Shown here piece after piece: positions 9,881-19,036 of a stretch of DNA of 46,946 bases. The notes under the pieces are model-generated. The model had not been told where the DNA came from and made no database searches. It saw nothing but the letters and a program-made list of their open reading frames with translations. The position numbers and the translations under genes are program-made. How positions within the stretch are numbered: position 1 is the first letter of the stretch; every line of letters begins with the position of its first letter. The DNA is from a candidate division WOR-3 bacterium (lineage in GTDB: Bacteria > Hydrothermota > Hydrothermia > Hydrothermales > Hydrothermaceae): positions 1-46,946 of the forward strand of contig JBDRZD010000003.1 in NCBI GenBank assembly GCA_039803745.1. The letters are read 5' to 3'.

Positions 9881-10928
9881 TAACCTTTTTTCTTATAAAA
9901 AGGCTTCTTAAATAATCTCTTTCTTCCTGTGACAGAATTCTCCCCATTTTATATTGAAGATGAGCAGGTTGCCCAAATATCATGAGTTCATTTAAAATGG
10001 GAAAATCAATGTTTTTAAAAATACCGAGACTGGCGCCAAGTCTTAAACTTGATAAAAGTTCAATCATTTCAAAGGCGGATAGGGATCTTGCATTCTTAAG
10101 AATTCCATAGGCTCTATAAACTTTATCCTCTAAAAGATTGTATTTTTTTTCAATCAATTCCTTCCTTTCTTTCTTCTCCTTTTCAACAATTTTGTATATT
10201 TTTTCTTTAAAGTCTTCAATTATTTCTTCTTCTGATTTTCCAAGACTTTGTGAAGTTGAACACTGAATAATATTTCCAATAATTTCGCTACCTTCACCAT
10301 AATAACCTCTAATTATTATTCCCGATGAAATAAGTTCTTTTAAAATTTCCTCTATTTTTCCACTGATAAATAAAGCAGGGATATGTAAAAGTACAGAAGC
10401 TCTAAAACCTGTACCAAGATTTGTGGGACATGAAGTTATAAAACCAAGAGTATCTTTATAAGAATAAGTTAAAAGTGAACCTATTTCATCATCAATTTCT
10501 ATAAGTCTTATAAAAGCCTCTTCTATTTTAAAATTTTCATAAATACATTGAATTCTTATATGGTCTTCTTCATTTATCATAATACTAATTCTTTCCGATT
10601 TATCAAAGGCTAAACCGGCACTTTCCTTTCTTTTAAAAAGATCACGACTTGCAAGATGCCTTTCAATAAGGATTTTACTTCCTATTTCATCAAGCTCCCA
10701 AGCAGGATAAATTCTTATCTCCTCTATTATATCTATGCTTCTTAAAACATCTTCAATTCTATAATAAACCCTTAAAAGTTCCTCTTGGGATGCAACCGAA
10801 GGAAATAAAAAACCCTTTATATTTCTTGCAAATCTTACTCTTGAAGATATTATTATATCTTCTTTAGAAGAATTATTAAGCCATTCTGGCAATTTTTCAA
10901 GCAAATATTTTAATTTTTCATCCATCAC
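9864..10928 (-). CDS. mcsB: Protein arginine kinase McsB
   Basis: SSRVRFARN, NEEDH, TSCPTNLGTG, QPAHLQ; adjacent to mcsA. Confidence 0.92.
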   Translation of the reverse strand: MMDEKLKYLLEKLPEWLNNSSKEDIIISSRVRFARNIKGFLFPSVASQEELLRVYYRIEDVLRSIDIIEEIRIYPAWELDEIGSKILIERHLASRDLFKRKESAGLAFDKSERISIMINEEDHIRIQCIYENFKIEEAFIRLIEIDDEIGSLLTYSYKDTLGFITSCPTNLGTGFRASVLLHIPALFISGKIEEILKELISSGIIIRGYYGEGSEIIGNIIQCSTSQSLGKSEEEIIEDFKEKIYKIVEKEKKERKELIEKKYNLLEDKVYRAYGILKNARSLSAFEMIELLSSLRLGASLGIFKNIDFPILNELMIFGQPAHLQYKMGRILSQEERDYLRSLFIRKKVSEIGI

Positions 10929-11391
10929 TTTTTGTTTTAAGCCATTTTAAAATATCCCTCAGTTTTGCAGCTCTTTCAAACTCTTCTTTCTCTACTGCAT
11001 CTTTTAAGGCTCTTTCAAGGATTTTTATTTTAAAATCTTTCGTAACTTTATACTTTGGAACATATTTTCTACCTTTATGGAAAGAAGAGCCGTGTATCTT
11101 TTGAATCAACTTCATTATTGCTTCACCAAAGGCATCATAGCAATTTTCGCAGCCAACTTTTGTTTTCTTAAAAAATTCAAATAGTGAAAGTCCACAATTC
11201 GGACAAATCTTATTTTCTTCTTTAATTTCTTCCTTCTTTTTAATGGGTAAAGAAGGAGAGGAGGAAATACCCATTGCTTCTTCTTCGGCACATTCCTTAC
11301 ATAATTTTTTAATCTTCTTTTCACCTTCAACAATTTCTATAAATTCAATCTCTACAGGTTTTTTCTTACATTTTTCACACATTTCTCCCAT
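10918..11391 (-). CDS. mcsA: McsA activator (CxxC motifs plus UVR domain)
   Basis: Four CxxC motifs, IHG..HKG, AVEKEEFERAAKLRD. Confidence 0.9.
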   Translation of the reverse strand: MGEMCEKCKKKPVEIEFIEIVEGEKKIKKLCKECAEEEAMGISSSPSLPIKKKEEIKEENKICPNCGLSLFEFFKKTKVGCENCYDAFGEAIMKLIQKIHGSSFHKGRKYVPKYKVTKDFKIKILERALKDAVEKEEFERAAKLRDILKWLKTKSDG

Positions 11392-11394
11392 TTT

Positions 11395-12075
11395 TTACCC
11401 TTTATTTATTTTTCCATTATCTAAATAATACACTATTTCAAACCTTTCTTTCAATCTTTCATTATGACTAACTACAACAAGTGAAACACCCTTTTCTTCT
11501 TGAAGATGAATAAAAATATCCATAACCTTTTCCTCATTTTCTTTATCAAGATTACCTGTTGGTTCATCGGCAAGTATAATCTGAGGATGTGAGACAAGTG
11601 CCCTTGCTATGGCAACTCTCTGCTCTTCACCGCCTGATAAATCCTTTGGTAGAAAGTTCATTCTCTCTTTAAGACCAACCTTTTCAAGATAATATTTTGC
11701 TATCTCTTCTGCCTTTTTAAAAGGAACCCCTTTTATTAAAAGGGGCATCATACAATTTTCAAGAGCAGTAAGTTCAGGTAAAAGATTATAAAACTGGAAA
11801 ACAAAGCCTATAAACTCATTTCTTATAGTTGAAGCTCTTTCATCAAAAAGAGAGTCTATTTTTTGAGAATTTATGTATATTTCACCTTGATCAGGATAGT
11901 CTATCAAACCAACAATATTTAAAAATGTTGTTTTACCTGAACCCGACGGCCCCAATATAAGAACTCTCTCACCTTTATTAAGTTTAAAATCAACGCCTTT
12001 TAAAACATCTATTTTTTGATCACCTTTTTTATATGATTTCCATATATTTTTTGCCTCAAGCGTAAATTCACTCAT
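11395..12075 (-). CDS. lolD: Lipoprotein-releasing ABC ATPase (LolD-like)
   Basis: GPSGSGKT, GFVFQFYNLL, LSGGE, ADEPTGNLD; next to the LolC/E gene. Confidence 0.85.
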   Translation of the reverse strand: MSEFTLEAKNIWKSYKKGDQKIDVLKGVDFKLNKGERVLILGPSGSGKTTFLNIVGLIDYPDQGEIYINSQKIDSLFDERASTIRNEFIGFVFQFYNLLPELTALENCMMPLLIKGVPFKKAEEIAKYYLEKVGLKERMNFLPKDLSGGEEQRVAIARALVSHPQIILADEPTGNLDKENEEKVMDIFIHLQEEKGVSLVVVSHNERLKERFEIVYYLDNGKINKG

Positions 12076-13288
12076 ATCTCAAAGCATCCCTTAGAATAAT
12101 TTCTGAAGCCTTTTTGGCAGGGTATAAAGTTGATAAAAATATAACTATTAAAGAAAGAATAGCAATTAAAAAAATATCCATTATCTTAACAGAAAGGGGC
12201 ATATAGTCAATAAAGTAAACATCAGGAGGAAGTCTTATAATTTTAAATTTATCACAAATTATGCTCAAACCTGCCCCAAATATTACACCTAAAATAACTC
12301 CTATTCCTCCAAGATACATTCCTTCAAGAATAAATAATTTAAACACTCTTCTTTTTTTATAACCCAAACTTCTTAAAATCGCAATCTCTCTTGTTTTTTT
12401 AATAAGAAGCATTAAAAGTGTTGTTATTATATTAAAAGAGGCAACAAATATAATAAGTATAAGTATCAAAAACATGGCAATTTTTTCAAGTTTTAATGCT
12501 GAGAAAAGGCTCCTGTTCATCTGTGTCCATGTTATCGCTCTAAATGGATAACCAAGCATTTTTTCTATTTTATTTGAAAGAAAATCTGCTGAATAAGGTT
12601 CTTTTAAAAATATTTCAAATCCCTGAACATAATCTTCACCATAATCAAGTAATTCTTGAACATTTTTTATATTTGTTATAAGTAAACTTGTATTAAAATC
12701 AAAATAACCTGCATCAAAAATGCCTGAAACAATATATTTGTTTGATTTCATAACCATACCAAAAGGTGTCATTTTTGAAAGAAAAGGAGAATAAATTATA
12801 ACTGTGTCTCCTTCACATACTCTTAATCGGTTTGCTATGTCAATTCCAAGAATTACATTCCTATCTTCAATATTAAATTCTCCATAAACCATTTTATCTT
12901 TAAGATACTCTTTAATAGTTGTTTCTTTATTTCCTATCCCCCTTATTATTCCTCCATCGGCATATTCTTTATTTTTTATCATTACTTTTGCATAAACAAA
13001 TGGTGTAATTTCTTTAATATTTTCAATCTTATAAATTTTATCAATTAATTCTTCATAATTATTAAAAGGTTTATCAAAAAACTGGGAAATAACTATATGA
13101 GGTGAGATACCAAGTATTCTTCTTTTTACCTCTTCATGAAATCCCGTCATAACACTTATTACCACAACAAGGGCAGAAACTCCGATAAATATTCCAAGGA
13201 CTGTAAAAATTGATAAAAAACTTAAATATCCTGAACCTTTAAATTTTATGAATTTTTTAATCAGAAATCTTTCAAGATTCATCTTCAT
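12068..13288 (-). CDS. Lipoprotein-releasing ABC permease, LolC/E family
   Basis: GVSALVVVISVMTGF, LFSALKLEK, EIAILRSLG, LYPAKKA. Confidence 0.9.
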   Translation of the reverse strand: MKMNLERFLIKKFIKFKGSGYLSFLSIFTVLGIFIGVSALVVVISVMTGFHEEVKRRILGISPHIVISQFFDKPFNNYEELIDKIYKIENIKEITPFVYAKVMIKNKEYADGGIIRGIGNKETTIKEYLKDKMVYGEFNIEDRNVILGIDIANRLRVCEGDTVIIYSPFLSKMTPFGMVMKSNKYIVSGIFDAGYFDFNTSLLITNIKNVQELLDYGEDYVQGFEIFLKEPYSADFLSNKIEKMLGYPFRAITWTQMNRSLFSALKLEKIAMFLILILIIFVASFNIITTLLMLLIKKTREIAILRSLGYKKRRVFKLFILEGMYLGGIGVILGVIFGAGLSIICDKFKIIRLPPDVYFIDYMPLSVKIMDIFLIAILSLIVIFLSTLYPAKKASEIILRDALRYE

Positions 13289-14741
13289 ATTTTGGTTTTA
13301 ATTGAGGAAAAGAAATCACCTCTCTTATATTTTCTGCGTCTAAAAGTATCATACAAAGTCTATCAATACCGATACCAAAACCTGCTGTTGGAGGCATTCC
13401 AACTTCAAGAGCATTCAAAAAATCCTCATCTATCAAATGTGCTTCCTCATCACCACCTTTTCTATACTTGCTTTGCTCTTCAAATCTTTTCCTTTGATCA
13501 ATCGGGTCATTTAACTCTGAAAAAGCATTAACTATTTCAATTCCCCCAACAAATAACTCAAATCTCTCAACACATTCTTCTTTTCCTCTATGCCTTTTTG
13601 CAAGAGGGGAAATTTCAACCGGATGGTCACAAACAAAAGTAGGCTCCCATAGATTTTTACCAATAAGTTCATCAAAAAGTTTATCAATCATTTTATGATA
13701 GGGAAGATTTTTAATTTCATAAATACCTTTCTCAATGCCGATTTCTTTTATTTTCTCTTCATTTTCTTTTTTAATTTCAACTCCTAAAATTTCACTTAAA
13801 GATTCTAAGAAATAAATTTTTTTAAAAGGAACTTCAAAGGATATCTCCTTTCCTTGAAACTCTATCTTTCTTTTATTAAATACCTTATCAAGAACAAAAA
13901 TAAAAAGATTCTCAATAAAATCCATAAGGAAAAAATAATCCTTATAAGCCACATAACCTTCCAAAAGTGTAAACTCAGGATAATGGGTTCTGTCTATTCC
14001 TTCGTTTCTAAAATCCTTTGAAAACTCATATACCCTTTCAAAGCCACCAACTATAAGCCTTTTAAGATAAAGTTCATTTGATATCCTTAAATAAAGATGT
14101 GTATCAAGAGCATTTGCATAAGTTGTAAATGGTCTTGCTGTTGCTCCTCCGTAGATAGGTTGTAAGACAGGAGTTTCAAACTCAATAAATCCATTTTTAT
14201 TCAAAAACTCTCTTATTGCATCAATTATATCTCTCCTTTTTATCAAAATCTCTTTTGATTTTTCATTCATTATAAAATCGAGATACCTCTGTCTATATCT
14301 TTTTTCCTTATCTTTTAAACCATGATATTTTTCTGGTAAAGGTAAAAGCGATTTTGTAAGAAGCAAATAATCATTAACAAAAATTGTAATTTCACCTGTT
14401 CTTGATTTCATCACCTTCCCTTCTATTCCTATTATATCTCCTATATCTATATATTTTTTAAAAAATTCATATTTTTCATTACCTATATGGTCTTCTTTTA
14501 GATATATTTGAATCCATTTTCTTTCTCCTAAAATATCTGCAAAGAGTGCTTTACCAAAATCCCTCACTGCTTTAAGCCTTCCTGCAATTTTAACATCCTT
14601 ATTTTCAAAATTCTCATAATTTTCCTTAATATCTTCAATTTTTGCACTTACATCAAAAAAATAAGCATAAGGATTTTCACCATTCTTTTTTATCTCTTCA
14701 AGTTTTTTAAGTCTTAAAAAGTATTCTTCAGGTTTTTCCAT
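13272..14741 (-). CDS. lysS: Lysyl-tRNA synthetase, class II
   Basis: RYRQRYLD, GGATARPF, FRNEGID, GMPPTAGFGIGIDRL. Confidence 0.97.
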   Translation of the reverse strand: MEKPEEYFLRLKKLEEIKKNGENPYAYFFDVSAKIEDIKENYENFENKDVKIAGRLKAVRDFGKALFADILGERKWIQIYLKEDHIGNEKYEFFKKYIDIGDIIGIEGKVMKSRTGEITIFVNDYLLLTKSLLPLPEKYHGLKDKEKRYRQRYLDFIMNEKSKEILIKRRDIIDAIREFLNKNGFIEFETPVLQPIYGGATARPFTTYANALDTHLYLRISNELYLKRLIVGGFERVYEFSKDFRNEGIDRTHYPEFTLLEGYVAYKDYFFLMDFIENLFIFVLDKVFNKRKIEFQGKEISFEVPFKKIYFLESLSEILGVEIKKENEEKIKEIGIEKGIYEIKNLPYHKMIDKLFDELIGKNLWEPTFVCDHPVEISPLAKRHRGKEECVERFELFVGGIEIVNAFSELNDPIDQRKRFEEQSKYRKGGDEEAHLIDEDFLNALEVGMPPTAGFGIGIDRLCMILLDAENIREVISFPQLKPKYEDES

Positions 14742-15817
14742 TTTGTTTATTTTTAAAAAGTAAGGACTTTCTTATAAATTCTTCAAGGTCACCATCTAAG
14801 ACATCATTAACCTGTGCTGTTTCATAACCAGTTCTATGGTCCTTCACAAGTTTATAAGGATGTAATATATAAGACCTTATTTGATTTCCCCAAGCAATCT
14901 CAGTTTTTTCTTTTTCCAGTTCCTCAAATTTTTTATCCTGAATTTTTTTATAATACTCATAAATTCTTGCTCTTAAAAGTTTCATTGCATTTTCTCTATT
15001 TTGATGTAAAGACCTTTCACTCTGACATGATACGGTTATCCCTGTTGGAATGTGTGTTATCCTTATCGCAGTAGAAGCCTTCTGAACATGTTGCCCACCG
15101 GGTCCTGATGCCCTAAAAGTTTCTATTTTTAAATCATCATCTTTTATAGGAACTTCTATCTCCTCTCTTTCAGGATATACAAAGATTGCAGCAAAGGAAG
15201 TGTGTCTTTTTCTTGATGCATCAAAAGGTGAAATTCTTACGAGCCTATGAACTCCTCTTTCCACTTTAAGAATTCCATAAGCATATTCTCCTTCGATAAA
15301 CAAAGTCCCTGATTTTATACCGACCTCTGCAGGCTGAACATCAACTTCAACTTTAAAATTTTTTCTTTCACAAAATCTTATATACATCCTTAAAAGCATA
15401 CTCGCCCAATCATGTGATTCAGTTCCTCCTGCCCCAGGATGTATAGTTAAAATACAATTTTTATAATCATCCTCAGAATTCAAAACAGATTTAATTTCAA
15501 TTTCCTCAATCTTTCTCTCTACCCTTCCGATCTCCTTTTGAATTTCCTTAAACATTTCAGGATCCTCTACCTCTATTTCTGCCAGTTCCTTTAAATCCTC
15601 TATCTCTTTTTTTATTTCCTCAATCTCCCTTATAATATTTTCCTTTTTTGATATCTCTTTCAAAATATTTTTAGCCTCCATAGGATTTTTCCAAAATTCA
15701 GGATCTTCTACTCTCTTTTTAAGACTCTCGACCTCTTTCAAAACCTTTTCTACCTCAAAGAAACCCTCTTATTTCTTCAAATTTTTTTTCAATTTCTAAA
15801 ATTCTTTTTATTTCCAT
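14728..15817 (-). CDS. prfB: Peptide chain release factor 2 with programmed +1 frameshift
   Basis: ATG 15817 opens 20 codons ending AGA GGG TTT CTT TGA; the +1 frame from 15756 continues into the ORF with SPF and GGQ motifs. Confidence 0.96.
15754..15769 (-). promoter_or_regulatory. prfB frameshift cassette (internal SD AGAGGG, TTT, CTT TGA G)
   Basis: Read directly; matches the established RF2 autoregulatory site. Confidence 0.92.
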
Positions 15818-15840
15818 ACTTAAAGAAGATCTTTAAGTAT
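15816..15840. repeat. Perfect 11-bp inverted repeat ATACTTAAAGA-aga-TCTTTAAGTAT
   Basis: Read directly; overlaps the prfB -10 box and start codon. Confidence 0.85.
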
Positions 15841-15864
15841 AAGTAAAAATAAATTATTTGTCAA
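15836..15864 (-). promoter_or_regulatory. Sigma70-type promoter of the prfB operon
   Basis: TTGACA (15864-15859), 17 nt, TATACT (15841-15836). Confidence 0.8.
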
Positions 15865-15916
15865 ATAAAAATGATTTGAATTCATGTATCCTTATCCCTT
15901 ATCTTTATATTTTAAT

Positions 15917-15990
15917 GCGCCCGTAGCTCAACTGGAAAGAGCACAGGGTTGCGGACCCTGAGGTTGTGGGTTCAAGTCCCACCGGGCGCG
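15917..15990 (+). tRNA. tRNA-Arg(GCG)
   Basis: Acceptor GCGCCCG/CGGGCGC, anticodon arm CAGGG-TTGCGGA-CCCTG, T-loop TTCAAGT; no CCA. Confidence 0.93.
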
Positions 15991-16923
15991 TTATCTTATT
16001 TTTTTACCATCAAGTGATAAAAGTCTTTCCCACTTTTCATCAACTTTTTTCTGAATCTCATTAATTAAATCTTCTCTTTGTATCAAATGTTTAAATCTCT
16101 CTTGTCTCTCAAGAAAAACTTTAACAGGTAATTTTTCTTTTGGCTTATAATTTATTTTATAAACTCCATATTCAATTTCATAAAGTGGCCAAAAGCAAGT
16201 TTCAACAGCAAGTTTTGCCATCTCTATTGATTTATTCTCAGGATACCCCCATCCTGGAACACATGGAGAGATTACAGCAATGAATTTTGGACCCTCTATT
16301 TCAAAAGCCCTTCTTACTTTTCTTATTAAATCTCCGAAATGAGAAGGAGAAGCCTGTGCGACATAAGGAATTTCATGGGCAGCAATTATTTCTGTTATAT
16401 CTTTTCTTTCCTGCATCTTTCCAGGAATTACTTTACCTGCAGGAGATGTGGTTGTATGAGCACCAAAAGGCGTTCCTGAAGACCTTTGTATTCCTGTATT
16501 CATATAAGCCTGATTATCATATAAAACATATAAAAAATTGTGTCCTCTTTCAATCGCTCCTGAAAGTGCTTGAAGCCCTATATCATATGTGCCACCATCA
16601 CCTGCAAAGGCTACAAAATTTATTTTTTCTTTTATTAAACCTCTCTTTTTTAATGATTTATAAACAGTTTCAACACCTGCAATCGTTGCAGCAGCATTTT
16701 CGAAGGCTGAATGAATCCAGGGAACCGGCCATGCTGTATAGGGAAATATAGTTGTTGTGACTTCCATACAGCCTGTTGCATTTGCAACAACAACAGGATA
16801 ATCTGATGAAGAAAGAACCATCTTAACAATTGAAGGAAAAGGGCATCCTGCACATGCTCTATGACCCCCTGCAAGTCCTAAATTTCTTTCTGAAAGTTCT
16901 TTTAATGAAAGTATTTTTTTCAT
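15991..16923 (-). CDS. porB: Pyruvate/2-oxoacid:ferredoxin oxidoreductase beta subunit (TPP-binding)
   Basis: GHRACAGC, ATGCMEV, GDGGTYDIG, YMNTGIQRS. Confidence 0.93.
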   Translation of the reverse strand: MKKILSLKELSERNLGLAGGHRACAGCPFPSIVKMVLSSSDYPVVVANATGCMEVTTTIFPYTAWPVPWIHSAFENAAATIAGVETVYKSLKKRGLIKEKINFVAFAGDGGTYDIGLQALSGAIERGHNFLYVLYDNQAYMNTGIQRSSGTPFGAHTTTSPAGKVIPGKMQERKDITEIIAAHEIPYVAQASPSHFGDLIRKVRRAFEIEGPKFIAVISPCVPGWGYPENKSIEMAKLAVETCFWPLYEIEYGVYKINYKPKEKLPVKVFLERQERFKHLIQREDLINEIQKKVDEKWERLLSLDGKKIR

Positions 16924-16924
16924 T

Positions 16925-18115
16925 TTATTCTCCTTTTAATCCAATATACATAAATTCAGGTAATTTTTCGCCTTCATAAAGTTTTTTTGTTATTTCAATT
17001 ACTTTAAATGCATCTTCTAATGTAAATTCTCTTCCACCAAGGCCAAATATAAAATCTATAGCAGATGGCCTTTTCTCCAGAGGGTAAAGAGAAGCCTTTA
17101 TTTCTATAGATAAAGGCCCACCCATTGTACTGAACGATTCTGCTCTATCCATAATTCCAATTGCTTTAAAACCCTTTATTTTTTCTCTTAAAATTTCGTA
17201 AGGAAATGGTCTGAATGTTTTTACTCTCAAAAGACCCACTTTTATACCTTCTTCTCTTTTTATGTCAATTGCTTCCTTAATTGTTCCTGCAGCGGATGAC
17301 ATTGAAATTATAAGAAAATCAGCATCTTTAGTTTCATACTCTTCAACAAAGTCTGGGAAATCTGTCCCAAATCTGGTATTATAATCTCTAACAACTTCCG
17401 CGATAACCCTTTTTGATTTTAACATCGCCTCGGCTTGACTTCTTTTATGTTCAAAATAAAAATCAAATAGGTCAAGAGGCCCAACTGTGATTGGATTTTT
17501 AACATCTAAAAGATTATAAAGAGGTTCTCTTTTACCCAAGAATTCTCTTACATCTTCATCGGATAAAGTCTCAACAACTTCCATCCCGTGAGTTATTATG
17601 AAGCCATCCATACAAACCATACAAGGAAGATTTGCCCTTTCTGCAATTTTAACAGCCATTATAGTTGTATGGTATACTTCATTTGCATTTTCACAATAGA
17701 ATTGTATCCAGCCGGAATCCCTTGAGCCCATCGTATCTGAATGATCACCATGTATGTTTATTGGTGCTGACAATGCTCTATTTCCAACAACCATAACAAT
17801 TGGTAATCTTAAACCTGACGCAATATAAAGCATTTCATGCATCAATGCAAGACCCTGGGAAGCAGTTGCTGTCATAACTCTTGCACCTGCTGCTGAGGCA
17901 CCGATACAGACTGACATGGCTGAATGCTCTGATTCAACAGGAACAAATTCAGTGTCGACTTCGCCATCAGCAACATATTTTGAAAATATCTGAACGATTT
18001 CAGTTGCAGGAGTTATTGGATATGCAGCAACAACATCGGGATTTATTTGCTTCATTGCATAAGCAGCAGCTTCATTTCCTGTTAAAGCATGTTTTATAAA
18101 GTTTTTTATCCTCAT
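16925..18115 (-). CDS. porA: Pyruvate/2-oxoacid:ferredoxin oxidoreductase alpha subunit
   Basis: GNEAAA, AYPITP, ESEHSA, TATASQGL; ATG 18115 has GGAGG and an ATGA overlap with porD (track start 18151). Confidence 0.93.
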   Translation of the reverse strand: MRIKNFIKHALTGNEAAAYAMKQINPDVVAAYPITPATEIVQIFSKYVADGEVDTEFVPVESEHSAMSVCIGASAAGARVMTATASQGLALMHEMLYIASGLRLPIVMVVGNRALSAPINIHGDHSDTMGSRDSGWIQFYCENANEVYHTTIMAVKIAERANLPCMVCMDGFIITHGMEVVETLSDEDVREFLGKREPLYNLLDVKNPITVGPLDLFDFYFEHKRSQAEAMLKSKRVIAEVVRDYNTRFGTDFPDFVEEYETKDADFLIISMSSAAGTIKEAIDIKREEGIKVGLLRVKTFRPFPYEILREKIKGFKAIGIMDRAESFSTMGGPLSIEIKASLYPLEKRPSAIDFIFGLGGREFTLEDAFKVIEITKKLYEGEKLPEFMYIGLKGE

Positions 18116-18390
18116 CTTAAATCCTCCATCTTTATAGCACCTGCAGGACAAACTTCACTGCATATTCCACAGCCTTTGCAGAAATCAAAATGAAATTCAT
18201 AAATTTTCCCATCTTTAACTTCTATTACACAATCAGGACAATAAAGCCAGCATAAAAGACAATTTGTACATTTTTCTTTTATAAATTTTGGTTGTTTTGA
18301 TTTCCAATCACCTGTTTTAAAATAAATAGAAGTTGGAACATTTTTTATAATTCCACCTTCTGGTAAATCTCTCCATGATTTGAAATTCAT
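18112..18390 (-). CDS. porD: Oxidoreductase delta subunit (2x[4Fe-4S])
   Basis: TGDW, CTNCLLCWLYCP, CKGCGICSEVCP. Confidence 0.93.
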   Translation of the reverse strand: MNFKSWRDLPEGGIIKNVPTSIYFKTGDWKSKQPKFIKEKCTNCLLCWLYCPDCVIEVKDGKIYEFHFDFCKGCGICSEVCPAGAIKMEDLR

Positions 18391-18950
18391 TTTACCTCCT
18401 CGTAAGCTTTTTTTATAGCTTCAATATTTTTTTCCACAACATCTTCTCTGAATTTTGTTCTTAATCTTTCTTTTACTGCTTTCAAAAATCTTTCAAAGGG
18501 TATTATATTCAAAATTTTCATGAGTGCACCAAGCATAGGAGTGTTTGGAAGATCTCTCCCAAGAACTTCTTGAGCAATCAAAGATACATTAACAACTCTT
18601 ACATCACAATCCAAACCAAGTTTGTCCTTAGCCTCCTGTTGAGAAAGAGAAGTATTAACCACAACAATAGTATCTTTCATTACACCCTCTTTAACCCTTG
18701 GCGAAGTCAAAAGGGTATCGTCAAGAATAACAACAACATTTGGAGAAGTGATACCATAATGTCCTTTTATCTCTTCCTCACTTATCCTTGTGAATGCAAC
18801 AACAGGTGCACCACGCCTCTCAGGACCATATTCGGGGAATGCCTGAACATATTTCCCTTCATGCATCATTGCCTCTGCTAAAAGAAGTGCTGCAGTCTTT
18901 GCACCCATTCCTCCTCTTCCATGCCATCTTATTTCAATTTTCTTATCCAT
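18387..18950 (-). CDS. porC: Oxidoreductase gamma subunit
   Basis: EIRWHGRGGMG, YGPERRGAPV, PNTPMLGA. Confidence 0.93.
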   Translation of the reverse strand: MDKKIEIRWHGRGGMGAKTAALLLAEAMMHEGKYVQAFPEYGPERRGAPVVAFTRISEEEIKGHYGITSPNVVVILDDTLLTSPRVKEGVMKDTIVVVNTSLSQQEAKDKLGLDCDVRVVNVSLIAQEVLGRDLPNTPMLGALMKILNIIPFERFLKAVKERLRTKFREDVVEKNIEAIKKAYEEVK

Positions 18951-18972
18951 AAAGCCTCCTTAAAAGTTTTAT

Positions 18973-19001
18973 ATAATACTGGATGAATTTGTATTTTGCA
19001 A
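18973..19001 (-). promoter_or_regulatory. Putative promoter of the por operon
   Basis: TTGCAA, 17 nt, TATTAT upstream of the GGAGG of porC. Confidence 0.55.
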
Positions 19002-19036
19002 AACATTATAATAATAAATTTAAAAAGGAGTTAAAA

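Noticed and set aside
14728-15817. prfB as a pseudogene or as UGA/selenocysteine read-through
   Set aside because: The internal SD plus CTT TGA matches the known programmed frameshift, and the continuation is in the +1 frame
16287-16751. 154-aa plus-strand ORF
   Set aside because: Antisense to conserved porB, with no recognisable motifs
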